Positions 32,031 through 46,000 of a stretch of 64,000 nt of DNA are shown in pieces (the first letter of the stretch is position 1; every line of letters starts with the position of its first letter). The position numbers and the translations under genes are program-made. Origin of the DNA: Macrostomum lignano (Eukaryota); NCBI GenBank assembly GCA_002269645.1, contig NIVC01000482.1:62001-126000 (forward strand), written 5' to 3'. The notes below the pieces were generated by a model. It worked only from the letters and a program-made list of their open reading frames with translations, made no database searches and was not told where the DNA came from.

Positions 32031-32624
32031 ATACTACTAAAAAGTGGCATTTAACGGGTTTGTATTGAATGAAAATTAAAGGCCATTTAAAACTTGAACC
32101 TAGTCTAGGCTTAACTGCCTAAATAAACAAAAGCAAAGCAAAGAATCGAACACAACTGACAATTGAAGCGCAAAAAAAGAAAAACAACAGGCATGCGTTC
32201 AGAGAAACCAGCCGCTATCATCTCTGCTTTTTAAAGACTATTTTCGTGCGCCTGGTGGTAAACAGGTTTTGGACTGGCCAAGCTTTTATTTTCATAGCGT
32301 CAACGGTACCCAGGGGTGTGGTGGTCAGCTTTGCGAGATTATCAAGATAATGAAAAGAAGGGGTTATATATCAATACAAGTTATTTATTAAACGAATTTT
32401 ACACGGTAGACCGAAGGGGCAAGTTTAAAGATACGCTTTTTAGATCTGATAACAGGCAAAAACAAACGACTTTCCTTCCAGCGGAGACGCGATAACTACT
32501 TGTAGGTCATAGAATATACTCGTATACAGCTTTATTTAACTGTTTAGTTAAATTTAGTTATTTTAGTATATAGAATATACAGCTTTAATTAACTGTTTGA
32601 ATGCAATAATTTACTAAGTACGGA

Positions 32625-33130
32625 TGATAAGAGAGATAAGAGCCAGGGAGATAAGAGCGAATGAGATAAGAGCCAGGGAGATAAGAGTCAGGGAGATAAG
32701 AGCCCCAGAGATAAGAGTCCCAGAGATAAGAGCCAGAGATATAAGAGCCAGGGAGATAAGAGTCCCAGAGATAAGAGCCAGGGAGATAAGAGTCAGGGAG
32801 ATAAGAGTCAGGGAGATAAGAGTCAGGGAGATAAGAGTCAGGGAGATAAGAGCCAGAGATATAAGAGCCAGGGAGATAAGAGTCCCAGAGATAAGAGCCA
32901 GGGAGATAAGAGTCAGGGAGATAAGAGTCAGGGAGATAAGAGTCAGGGAGATAAGAGCCAGAGATATAAGAGCCAGGGAGATAAGAGTCCCAGAGATAAG
33001 AGCCAGGGAGATAAGAGTCAGGGAGATAAGAGTCAGGGAGATAAGAGCCAGAGATATAAGAGCCAGGGAGATAAGAGCCAGAGAGATAAGAGCCAGGGAG
33101 ATAAGAGTTCCAGAGATAAGAGCCAGATAT
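32625..33130. repeat. 15-bp minisatellite
   Basis: GAGATAAGAGCCAGG / GAGATAAGAGTCAGG / CCCA variants in recurring blocks. Confidence 0.95.
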
Positions 33131-34020
33131 GATGATTTGTAAAGAAATTGTAAAGTAACAGGCTGTGCAGAAACAAAATATCATTAAAGCTAGCACAGTG
33201 GATGAGTAGTTAATAGAGGGGTCACACACCGCGGTTACAGCGACTCGACTCGGGGCATTCTCAGGTAAATGCACAGATGCAGCAAGCAGATAAATAATTA
33301 AGCACAGATCAAACGGGGAGGCAGATTTTCAGGATTAAATTCAAAATATTATGATATTAATAATAATGGTAGACTATGTTACGACTTTAATAGGCAAACA
33401 CAAACTGTGGCGCACAGGTTATTAAATAAATAAATAAATAATTGGTAACAAAGAAACAGCTTATGAAGTAAGTCACAGTACCGATTAACCCATAGCAGAC
33501 GCTGAGAATATCAAAATCTTGACGGCTTAAAAAAATATTAAAACAAACTAAAACAGTTTTGATCAAAATTTGGGCAAAGTAGCGAAGAAAAACAGACCGG
33601 GACTACTGATTACTATATAGAAAACTAATAATTTCATTAAACAGTAAGCATACACTTTAGCTAAGGTAGCATGCAGAAGACACGGGGCGATGCGGATGAC
33701 CATTTAGATAAGAGAACGCAAGGAAGTCGGCCATTTTTTGCCTGCTTTTATTCTAAGATATGTGAAAAATTTTAACTACTCACAATTGCCGTTTAAACAG
33801 GCCTGTATGCAGCTAGGGCCGAATACATGTATAGTTATTAGCCAGGCTAGCCAATGCACCGCTGCGAGAGGCACAAGGGTCACACAGTACATTGGATCCA
33901 GTTTTACTCACTGGCATCAGAAACAGCACGGCGGGACAATCAGGGATACCTCATAACAGTAAATAACCCTTTAATAGGAGTTCAAAGCCGAGTTATGATT
34001 ATTAATTGTGATTTTACGAT

Positions 34021-37000
34021 TTATGATTGCTGATCGTCCTGACCACCGCCTCTGCCGCCGCCGCCGCGACCGCCTCGATTGGAATCTGCGAATGGCAGCA
34101 AATAAATTTGCAATTGAAACTTGAAAGCTAAAACTGCTGATTAAGGTCGGGATTCCCCATCTCAAAAATAACCCAGATTGGGATTTCCCACTTAAAAATA
34201 CCCCATATTGGGATTCACCACCTAAAAAACCCAGATTGGGACTTCCACCCAAAAATCCCCCCAGATGGGGATTCTGTGCCAAAAAATCTCCCAGATTGGG
34301 ATTTCCCACCCAAAAATCTCACAGATGGGGATTCCCACCCAAAAATCTCTCAGATTGGGATTCCACACCTAAAAATACCCCAGATTGGGATTCCTCAATC
34401 CTTACCCTAAAATCCACCAGATCGGGATTCACACCTATAAATACCCTAGATTGGAATTCCCCACTAAAAAATACCCCATATTGGGATTTACCACCAAAAA
34501 ATCCCTCAGATTGGGATTCCCCACTCAAAATACCCCTGATTGGGATTACCACCCAAAAATCTATCAGATTGGGATTCCCCACCTAAAAATACCCTAGATT
34601 GGGATTTCCCACCCAAAAATCTTTCAGATTGGGATTCCCCATCTAAAAATATCGCATTTCCCACCCTGAAAACCCTTCACTTACCACCAGCCCTAGAAGG
34701 CATTGGTCGGCGATTCATCGCAGGATAATCGTTGCCATCCGCCGAGTCGGCGCCACCCTCCTGCTGCTGCCGCTGCTGATGGCCACCCCGACGACCTCTG
34801 CCATAGCCGCCTCCGTACGGCCGCCGACCGCCGCCTCCACCTCGGAGGCTCTGCACAGCAGAGTCAGTGTGGTAGCCCTTCTCATCCTGGCTTGTATCGG
34901 AGTCGCCGCGACCTCCGCCGCCTCCGCCACCGTTGGCGCCGCCGCCGCTTCCTCCTCCAGCGGAGTTGTCGTCACGCCGGTAGGGCAGAGGAGGTCCGCC
35001 GCCTCCGCCTCCGCGTCTGGGACCTCCGCGTCCTCCACGTCCACCGCCTCCGCGTCTCGGACCTCCGCTTCCGCCGGCGTAGCCTCCGCCAAAGCCGCCG
35101 CCGCCGCCGCCGTAGCCTCCGTAGGCATAGGGCGGGCCGCCGCCAGCTCCGTCGCTGTCGTAGGCGCGACTTTGCTGACGCAACTTAGCGGTTATCTCTT
35201 CGCGCTGGTGGGACAGCTCGTCTACCTGCAAGGGGGTAGGGTGGGGAGCGTACGTGTGAGTGTAGTACGTGTATACCAATCCACTTTTTCTCCGTTACTA
35301 CATCTACCTTCCTTTACTCTTATCTCTCTTCATTCACTCTTCATTCACTCTCATCTCCCTTCATTCACTCCCATCTCCCTTCATTCACTCTCATCTCCCT
35401 TCATTCACTCCCATCTTCCTTCATTCACTCCCATCTTCCTTCATTCACTCCCATCTCCATTCATTCACTCCCATCTCCCTTCATTCACTCCCATCTCCCT
35501 TCATTCACTCTCATCTCCGTTCATTCACTCCCATCGCACTTGCCAGCTAACGCACCTGTTTAAGCGTATCAATATGGTAGTCCAGCATGAACTTGGCATT
35601 GTCAACGGACTCCTTGGTGCCAACAAAGATGAAGGGCACCATATCGCCAGAGGATTGGTCGCCGTCGTCAGCAGAGTGCATCTGACGCTCGTCGTCGCCT
35701 TCAACGCGGACTCGAATGACGCCAGCTTTGTCCACAATGTCCTGCGGGAGCAGGTCGGAGCGGAAAGTTAAAATTTCACTCAGAATCTCACAGAAGCTCA
35801 ATCATTATCTAATCTACAATCGCATTATCTCACAAGAATTATCTTGTGAATTATCTCACGTCTAGAATCTCACTCATTATCTGGCCTAGAATCTCACTCA
35901 TTATCTGGCCTAGAATCTCACTCATTATCTGGCCTAGAATCTCACTCATTATCTTACCTAGAATCTCACTCATTATCTCAGCTATATTGGAATCTAACTC
36001 ATTATCTCACCTAGAATCTTACTCATTATCTCACCTAGAATCTCACTCATTATCTCACCTAGAATCTCACTCATTATCTCACCTAGAATCTCACTCATTA
36101 TCTCACCTAGAATCTCACTCATTATCTTACCTAGAATCTCACTCATTATCTCACCTAGAATCTCACTCATTATCTCACCTAGAATCTCACTCATTATCTC
36201 ACCTAGAATCTCACTCATTATCTCACCTAGAATCTCACTCATTATCTCACCTAGAATATTATTCTGTATCTTAGCTAGATTAGAATCTCACTCATTATCT
36301 CAACTAGAATCTTACTCATTGTCTCACCTAGAATCTCACTCGTAATCTCACGCCTAGAATCTCACTCGTAATCTCACGCCTAGAATCTCACTCATTATCT
36401 CACTTAGAATCTCACGCATTATCTCACGCCTAGAATCTCATGCTTATATATTATCTAGAAAATACTTAAATAGCCCCACCAAGTTAGCCACTGGATTCGG
36501 GAACACACCTGGATATTATTGCCGCTCTTGCCAATGACCCGGCTAACCAACTGCCTGGGCACTCTGTACGCCTCCTCAGTGTACTCCAGCATGGCTCGGG
36601 CACGCCGGCAGGCCTCGGCGTTGTCTCCGTAGATGCGAAATACGCCCTGGTCTTTGTCCAGTTCCACTCCAGATACGCCGTGCACTTGGCGGGCCTTGTA
36701 GTTACAGGGGGGGGGGGAAGAAAGTAGACAAATTACAGCGGGATTACGAAGAATCTCAGGGTCTACTTTGGAGCGAACCGCACTCTTCTATCTTGGATGA
36801 TGATGACCTTCCCCGTCCAGAGTGACCTTCCCCATCCATCTGGGAGTGACCTTGCCCATCCAACTCAGAGTGACCTTCCCATCCATCTGGGAGTGACCTT
36901 GCCCATCCAACTCGGAGTGACCTTCCCCATCCATCTGGGAGTGACTTCCCCATCCAACTCGGAGTGACCTTCCCCATCCAACTCGGAGTGACCTTCCCCA

Positions 37001-40000
37001 TCCAACTCAGAGTGACCTTTCCCATCCATCTGGGAGTGACCTTCCCCATCCATCTGGGAGTAACCTTCCCCATCCATCTGGGAGTGACCTTGCCCATCCA
37101 ACTCAGAGTGACCTTCCCCATCCATCTGGGAGTGACCTTGCCCATCCAACTCGGAGTGACCTTCCCCATCCATCTGGGAGTGACTTCCCCATCCAACTCG
37201 GAGTGACCTTCCCCATCCAACTCGGAGTGACCTTCCCCATCCAACTCAGAGTGACCTTTCCCATCCATCTGGGAGTGACCTTCCCCATCCATCTGGGAGT
37301 AACCTTCCCCATCCATCTGGGAGTGACCTTGCCCATCCAACTCGGAGTGACCTTCCCCATCCATCTGGGAGTGACTTCCCCATCCAACTCGGAGTGACCT
37401 TCCCCATCAGCTGGGAGTGACCTTCCCCATCCATCTAGAAATTACCTTCCCCATCCAGTTGAGAGTGACCTTCCCCATCCATCTGGGAGTGATCTTTTCC
37501 CCATCCACCTGGGAGTGATTTTCCCCATCCATCTTTAAGTGACCTTCCCCATCCAACTGAGAGTGATCTTCCCCATCCAGCTGGGAGTGACCTTCCCCAT
37601 CCATCCGAAAATGACCTTCCCCATCCAGCTGGGGATTACCTTCCCCATCCATCCGAAAATGACCTTCCCCATCCATCTGGAAATGACCTTCCCCATCCAA
37701 CTGTGGGTGACATTCCATTGCCAAGCTAATCAGAGAGTCACAACCCTGCAGGAGTCTCACCTGTCCAATATTGGATCCGTGAGCTCCGATAGCCAGCCCC
37801 ATAAGGCTGGCCGGTACGGAGAACTCCTCCATGAGCTGGCCGCCGGACACGTGCGTGTGCTCAAGCCGCCTGGCCAGTTCGTCAGTGCGCTGTTTAATTA
37901 AACATTTCTGCCGCACCCCGCGCAGGAACAGCTCTTCAATTAGCGATAGGCGATTAATATCTGCCTCATCAGCTGACAGAATGCTTAAACGGGTGCCGCA
38001 GACCAGGATTAGGTAGGGCGAACGAAACCTAGAAGAGGAGAGGGAATCAGTGAGACAGTAGTGACTTGAGTACTCAAAAAAGGCTAATAGTTAAAACTTA
38101 AACAGCGAATCATACTACTGAAAACAAAAATAAAAGTAGCAAGAGTGGAATCTAACCAAGAAATAATTTATAAAAAACAATAGGTATAATTTATTAATCA
38201 TAAAGGGCCATAGTTGATAGGTGGAAAGGCAAAAGCAGATTGAATACAGGTAGATAAGCAGGTTAAAAAGAGGCAGGTAACCAGATTGAAGAGACGTAGA
38301 TAAGCAGGCTGAAGAGAGGCAGATAAGCAGACTGAAGAGAGGCAGATAAGCAGGCTGAAGAGAGGTAAATAAGCAGACTGAAGAGAGGCAGATAAGCAGA
38401 CTGAAGAGAGGCAGATAAGCAGGCTGAAGAGAGGCAGATAAGCAGGCTGAAGAGAGGCAGATAAACAGACTGAAGAGAGGCAGATACATTATACAGTTGC
38501 ACAAACCTTCGCACGAGATCGCCGTGAATCTCTGGCTCGGCCACCCGATCAGCCACATCGTGAGGGACTGTGATGTCGCGCCTATACAGCCGAACTCCTG
38601 CCAAAGGCTTAGCGGAACCTCGCAGTCTGACCCGATTCCGATCGACAACATCCTGAGCTCCGGAGTGCTTGAACACGCACACAACAAATTCGCCTTTGAC
38701 ACTGCGGACTGTGGCTGGCCACCAGCAGGCTTCTGCGGAGCTGAACACTTCCACTTCCTCGTTGTCGCTTAGCGATGGCTGAACACAGCTGTCGCCGTAG
38801 ACATAGGCGTCATTGAGCGGCACGGATGCAGTGTGACCAGTGCTGTCTACGTACTCCACAGTCGAGTCAGTCACGTTTTGAATATTCAGCTAGATTTTAT
38901 AATTGATTTAGGTATAAAAATATGCAATTCCGGTTATAAAATTAGTATATGCAATTTTTTGGTAAGTTAGCATGCCATGTTTAACCTATCTGCCATTAAA
39001 GCATTGCAACTTAAGCATGAAATCTGATATAAGCTACAGCAGCATGCTAATCATTTTTTTAGTTTCATATTTAGATCTAAACTTCTTAAGTGGTCACTTT
39101 CTACAAAACCAAACTTCTGAAAAAAATATTTAGTTAATTGAGCTAGATAGACCCTCATAGAATACAAGGTTTAGAATATAAAATTGGCATATTTACAGGT
39201 TGGAATTAACATTTGATTATTGGTACTTTTATATTGCATGTTAATATCCTTTTTATTTTATTTCAGATGATTTCAAATAAAAATATGATGTCATATTTTT
39301 ATAATTTTTTTTAGTTTCTTGCTCTAAACTGCTGTGACTTCAAAAATAAAATGGATACTTTAAAAAAATTCTTTTCAATGAATTGTTGCTATATATAGGG
39401 AGCATTGAATAGCATAATGCCTAACTGATATGATTCTTAATATATGAGCATAGTTCTGTAGTCTAGGGAAAATAAAAACTTGTCTTTAAAAAATAAAATA
39501 TGTTACCTTTAGCTTTAAATGATATTTTAACAATGGTTCAAGTGTAATGCTGCAATTAAAGCTTGAACTATTCGTTGTGAAAACAAATTTAACTATTTTT
39601 AATAGTGTAGATTTGTAGGAAAAAAAACAAAATGTATATTAATTGCATATCTTATTTCAACTTTTTTAAATAACTAAGTAAAAATTAACTAAATAGTTGA
39701 CATATTGACATGCTGTTATAATATAGTAGCTTTTATACTAGCTTTTAACTCTATTAGCTAGCAAAATTTTTTCCCAAGTTTGGGAAGCTAATCGACACCT
39801 GGAGTTTCATTTTACCATCAATGTTTCAGGCCTAGAATACCAAAAGGCATTGGGATTTTGCTAAAATCAAAAACTTAGAGTTAATAGCTCTTTGTAAACA
39901 GTTATTAAATTAAAAGTTAAATTTAAGTAACTAAAAGAATTATAAGTTTAAAAACAAATCTATTTTGTTTCAAAATTTTATGTTTCCCCTATCTTCCTAT

Positions 40001-43000
40001 CTTCCATTTCTTCTTTTGTTTATCTATAATCTAAACTGTCTCAATCTGAACCTCATCTCTGCACCTCATCAAAGTTTGTCTGATCAAAGATCATTAGACT
40101 GAATATATTTAAAGTTTATCTGACATTTTTTAAGTATTTCAACCCTAAACTTGGCATCCAACTGGATGCCTAGCAAATTATCATTGAAACACTTGGCGTC
40201 CTTATATACCAGGCCATTGAGCCATTGAGCTGGTCGACACCACTGTGTCCCACCTTTCAAAAATTCTGTGAACTGTGGCTGTAGCTCATCTGGCTACTGG
40301 CAGCCGCTATAAAACATGGCAACAAGTGGACCATTCTTTTAGTGCATGGCCACTGATTGTGCAGCCACTTTTGGCTAAAGGGGCTTGCCGAGAAAGAAAA
40401 GATTAACTTTTTTACATTAAATTTAAAATACAATTATTGTGTAAATCTTATCATTCAAGCCTTAGAAATATTGTAATCAAATAACTAAACTGTTCTAAAT
40501 AGTGACTCATAGGTAAAGGCATACTGAGAAGTCATGTGGCTAATAGTTTAGCATGGTAACCTAAGTGCTAAGGCACTGGTGTTTGGTAGTTAGCTGTCTG
40601 GTGGCTTTCAAATCACTTATTTACCTGCGCTAGAGAATTGACTTATGCTCTTGATTATTGAATCTGCAAATACATATTTATAAGATATTTAGTATATTTA
40701 CTGCTATATAGCTCTACATATGCTAGATCTATTTATAAAATTATAGCTAGTTTTTTGCATTTGCTTCTTTCTCAGACTGTTTTCCATGATAAGTTGCCAA
40801 ACAGATACATGGCACATGTTCCTAGATGCATTCCAGTTTGGTGGCAATTTTAAAGGTAAGCCTATTGATGTTTGTTTTTCTCAGCAGAACATAATGCATT
40901 CAGGTTTGAAATTAAGCTATTTTCATGCGATTTAGTTATAAAAATTTGACCAAAAGCTAAGTGTGGTGCTTTTCACTTTAACTGCACACTGATTACTTGT
41001 AGTCAACAAAGTCAAAATTCAGGGTAAGAATACAGGTGATATGACATGTTGAAATGATTTGGATCTATCAAATAAAATTATGTAAATGTTTGATTGCTAG
41101 AATGTTGTCTGCCTCTGCAGTTGATATATACCCTAATATACATACACAATTGATTAAATACTAGACATTAGTTTAATAAAGCATATTGCAAATTAAATGG
41201 CATTGTGGTTTCCTATTTCTTGCAGAAGAGCAGCCATTTTTGCAAGCCATTTATAAGCACTTGCCAGACAATGAGTGATAGTGGCTGGAAGAAAGAGCCA
41301 AGCAAATAAATTGTGATAAAGAGGAACCTATTGGAAGTGGGAAGTTACGGCATTCTACCCAAGATTTAGTGAGAAAAATATCTCTTAGCTATGCTTGAAT
41401 TTTCTCTCAAATTTTATATGTTCTCACACATTTTTGCATGTTAAAACAATTTATTGATGCATGAAAAATTATCAATCACAAGGTTTTAAAAGTCCATAAA
41501 AAATTCTTTAAAACAATGTGAAAAAAATTATAATTTTCTTTAACCTGGGACAATGGGATGTCAGTCTAATAGTTGGTAATTTTTTTTACTTCCTGCCTCT
41601 ATATAAAAAACTCAGCTTTAATATACCTTAGCTTTTTTAATATATCATTTATTTGTTCATTTTACAATTGCAACATGATATAGATACATATATTTTCCTA
41701 TATTATAGCTTGCCTTTCACTAGAACACTGATTTTGACAACATGACAAAGGTTGAACTATGGAAAATTATTGCCAAGCAATAGTTGTAAGCCAAGTTCTA
41801 TAAGTTTCTTTTTATTATAATAATGAATATGTTTAGCTAGTTTATTATAATATCAAATTGGAAATTGAATTTGATCTATTATATATTTTATTATTACATT
41901 TCCTCACTCTGCCTTTATGATCAGGGGCCACAAATGAAAAAGGTAGACTGATTTATAAGTCCTACCCTGCGCAAGGAACATGAACAAAGTGGTCTGCAGA
42001 TATGTCAATGAATGTGGAAATAACCCAATATTCCCAAGAGTAGCTTTGACATATTGCCAAGTTGATCCCAAAAAATAATTTTGTTCTAACTAGTTGGCCA
42101 GAGAAAAAAGGCCAATCAAAGGGGCTATCTATCAAAAACCTGCATGGATAGGAATCAATACCAATAGCTGAACTACTAGTCAATGGTGGCCTGAGTCCTC
42201 TGCCTCTAAACTCTCTGCTGCCCTCAGAAGTCACCACCAACATCTAGAGTTAAATTTAGAATCTTGACACCTAATGGCCAGGTGTCCATTTCTGTCCAGC
42301 AGGACACTCGTATTAAAAAATTATTTGTTTATATTATTATGTGTCTTATATTTTAAAAGACTTTGTACTACTTACAAGCCCTGACTTTCTAATAAGGATT
42401 TAGGGATTTTAAGGATTTGATATGGAATGCTAAAATTGTAATAAAAAATAATTGCCTTTGTTAAAAAAAGGCATGCAAATTGAGCTACGCTTTGTTGTTA
42501 AAATAAGGTGCCATTTAAAACTAGCGCAGATCAGTTCTAAAGAACCCTGTGGTATTTATTTATTTTATTGAAATGATGAGATGGCCATGGATTTAATATG
42601 TGTAAAATTATCTTATAGGTCTTTGTAACCTGCTTTTGTATATTCTTATATATAAACAATCTTTTGATTTATGTTGGTACATTATACACTTAATATTACA
42701 TAATCATTGATATTCATTCGTCTAAAACCATTCACCTATAAAGTGAGTCTTTTATTCAAATTTAGTTTTTTTTCTCATTCAGAAATCAGAATACTAGTAG
42801 CCAGACTATACATTATATCTATATCTGAGATGCTAAAAACAAATTATCCTAACAGACTTTGCCATCATTTTTTTATTTTTTTACAAATAAATAAGAGTTT
42901 ACCACAAATGGTTTTCATAGTTTGTTTTTGCACAATAGCTTTTAATTTTTTTAGGATAGTACAGATCTATAAGCAATATGTGTACTGTATATGTGTACTA

Positions 43001-46000
43001 TGTGTATTTTTGTATATGATTATTTCTAACTGTTTATCATTAGTTCAACTTGTCTCTTGAGATTTGGCTCTGGACTGCATTCCAAAATATATTTGAATAT
43101 AGTTAGGATGTCTATGGTTTATGTCTATGTCCATTTTGCTTTTATTCCTAAAAATCACTACCAAAATTATCTAGATATTTAGGCATAGCACAAAAAGCAA
43201 CTTTTGGCCCATTAGGGAAGCCCTGGCTGTTTGTTGTCTTGTCATATAGGAGTTTATAGTGCATAGACATTGCCAACTTAGTGTTCGGAGTGAGGCACGA
43301 ATCTGGTGCTAGTAGGTATAAATACACAAAATTTATAACAATGGTGCAAAAATTTTATCCAAAATAAATATTTAATAATTTAATGAGACTTTTAAAAGTT
43401 TACTTACATTCATCATATTTTTATAGAAGCATAAAATTTTATAGCAATACTATATGCTTTCATAAATTTATAAACCTTAAAAAATGATAAGCAAGACATT
43501 TTTTGGCTTAACACAATTTTAAAGATTTCAAAAGGATCTGACTTGGCTTTTGTATATGGTCCAAATGCATATATGCAAAATTTTATTGAGAATGAATAGT
43601 GGAAGCTCAGTAAATATATTGATACAATGACTTAGGCAGTTGTTATTTGCACTGTACCATGTAAATATTGCTGGTATTATTTACACAGTAACTGAAAAAA
43701 TACCTTATAAATAATTATCCTACTAGGTTCCTGTATCTTATATTTTCATACAAATTTTAACTAACTAAAGTTAGTAGATAGAGTTTAGGCATGATTTATA
43801 ATGTGTTTATAGCTTGGCCACTAAGCTAGCATTTTTATTAGCTTTTAATACTATTAATAATGCAAAGTAAAAAGGGTGTTCAAAAGAAATGAATGATAAT
43901 GCAACTTATTTGCCTTCAAAGGATAGATTTGTGGTCAAATATATGTATGGGTCTATGAAATTTGCTTGTGAGAAGTTTGCTTGCCGAAGTTTGCTTGCGG
44001 GACTTTTGCTTGCGGAATTTTGCTTGCCAAAGTCTGCTTGCCGAACTTTGCTTGCAGAATTTTGCCTGCCGAAGTTTGCTTGCCGAGCTTTGCTTGCTGA
44101 ACTTTGCTTGCTGAACTTTGCTTGCCGAATTTTTCTTGCAGGAAATTTACTTGCTGCACATAAGCTTGCCAAAGTTTGCTTGCAGGAAATTTGCTTGCCG
44201 AACTTTGCTTGCAGGAAATTTTCTTGCAAGGTTTGCCAGTCAAAGTTTTGCGGAATCTTAAAGAACCTATTTTTGAGCTCTTGTATTTCTAATTTTCATT
44301 TTCTAAGATTTGTGGAAGTCGCCTATAGTGTTATGATTTTGTATGAGGATATGGCGGATTATTAATTACATTTTATATACTAAAATATTATTAGTATATG
44401 CATTATTATACATTAGCATCACTGCAATTATCATACCTGCTCAATCGTGCTGAAATCAGGAACTACAAAAATTTATACTGTTACCAATCCCTATCTATCT
44501 ACCTATACTAAATCTCTAAGCATTCTATATACTACATTCTTAGAATGAAACTCTATAAGCCTAGTTTGAAAGCTGAATGTCAAGTCAGTTTACGTCGACC
44601 CTGATAAGAATCCACTCGCAAAGCATCTGTAGTAAGTAACAATTGACTGACCAACTTTACAAGCAATCAAAACAAGCAAGCAAACAAGAAAATAATTCTG
44701 CAAGTTAAAACCTTGCAATTGTGTGATTGCAAATTTCTAGAAAGCAGACATCAAAATTTCGCAAGCAAAGTTTGGCAAGCAAAATTCCTACAAGCAAAGC
44801 TCGGCAAGCAAACTTTGGCAGGCAAAGTTCCTGCAAGCAAATTTCCTGCAAGCAAAGTTCGGCAAGCAAAGTTCGGCAAGCAAACTTCAGCAAGCAAAAT
44901 TCCGCAAGCAAAGTTCGGCAAGCAAAATTCCGCAAGCAAACTTCGGCAAGCAAAGTTCGGCAAGCAAACTTTGGCAAGCAAAGTTCGGCAAGCAAAATTC
45001 CGCAAGCAAAGCTCGGCAAGCAAAGTTTGGCAAGCAAAATTCCTGCAAGCAAAGTTCGGCAAGCAAACTTCCCGCAAGCAAACGTTGTACTCCCATATGT
45101 ATAATAGCTATAAATACTATACAATATATAATTTTTTTATTTAATAGAGGCAGGGGGGTTGTGTGCACCCTAGTGCACTTTAAGCAACATAGGCACACAA
45201 CCAGTGAGAGTCATTACTGCCCATTCCACTAACTCCCCTAAGTAGGCATACAAGCATGCGGATACGTATGCAGGCACACACTTATACAGGAGTGTACAGC
45301 GGCCCTAAGTTTATTTATTGTTAGGCATGTACACTTCACTGCACCTTGGGGGTTAGCTGCCTTTTGATATCAACAATGTTGGGAATAGGTCCAATATTTT
45401 ATTATTCTAATAATATCACCAATACCATTTGCGTATGTAAGTATTAGACCTTAACACTTTTAGCAGCATCAACTATAGTATTATAATACTTTTTTAAGTT
45501 TAATATTCCTATATGTATTCTAACACTTTTTTATAAAAGAATATTATTCTTTTTATATTTAAACAAGCTGTTGAAACCTGCAGATTTTGAACCCAGGAAA
45601 TTCTAATCCCCGGAACTATTTTTGCATGTATTCAAAGATCAAACTCAAACAAAAACTTGTTAATAGTTAGGATAGAGTTAAATATAAAATAGAATAAATT
45701 TGTATAAAATTAGGATTTAAGGCAAACATGGATATTGTTGGCTGGGATGCTGCACAGAATGTTAGGCAAACTTTGGCCTCTATCTCTGCCTTTCCCTACA
45801 TCCCTTGGATCATTTGAAACTTCTATCTTCTCTTCTGTTTCCTCTTTTCTCTCACATCTTTTCTCTCTCTCCTCTTATTTCCTCTTTTCTTATTCCTCTC
45901 TCCCCCTCTCTTTCCCCTGCCTATCTCCTCTCTTCTCTGTCTTTTCTAATCTCTTTTCTTATCTCCTCTCTGCTCTTTCATCTCTGCTTTCTTGTCACTC

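Noticed and set aside
34703-35771. Plus-strand ORFs (330 aa and 161 aa) antisense to FMR1
   Set aside because: Shadow ORFs of the GC-rich RGG exon and an intronic repeat.
40100-40330. Minus-strand [15 protein letters not shown] as FMR1 exon 1 or a gypsy integrase remnant
   Set aside because: No splice donor follows the motif and a far better exon 1 exists at 52853-52915. The integrase resemblance is too weak to call.
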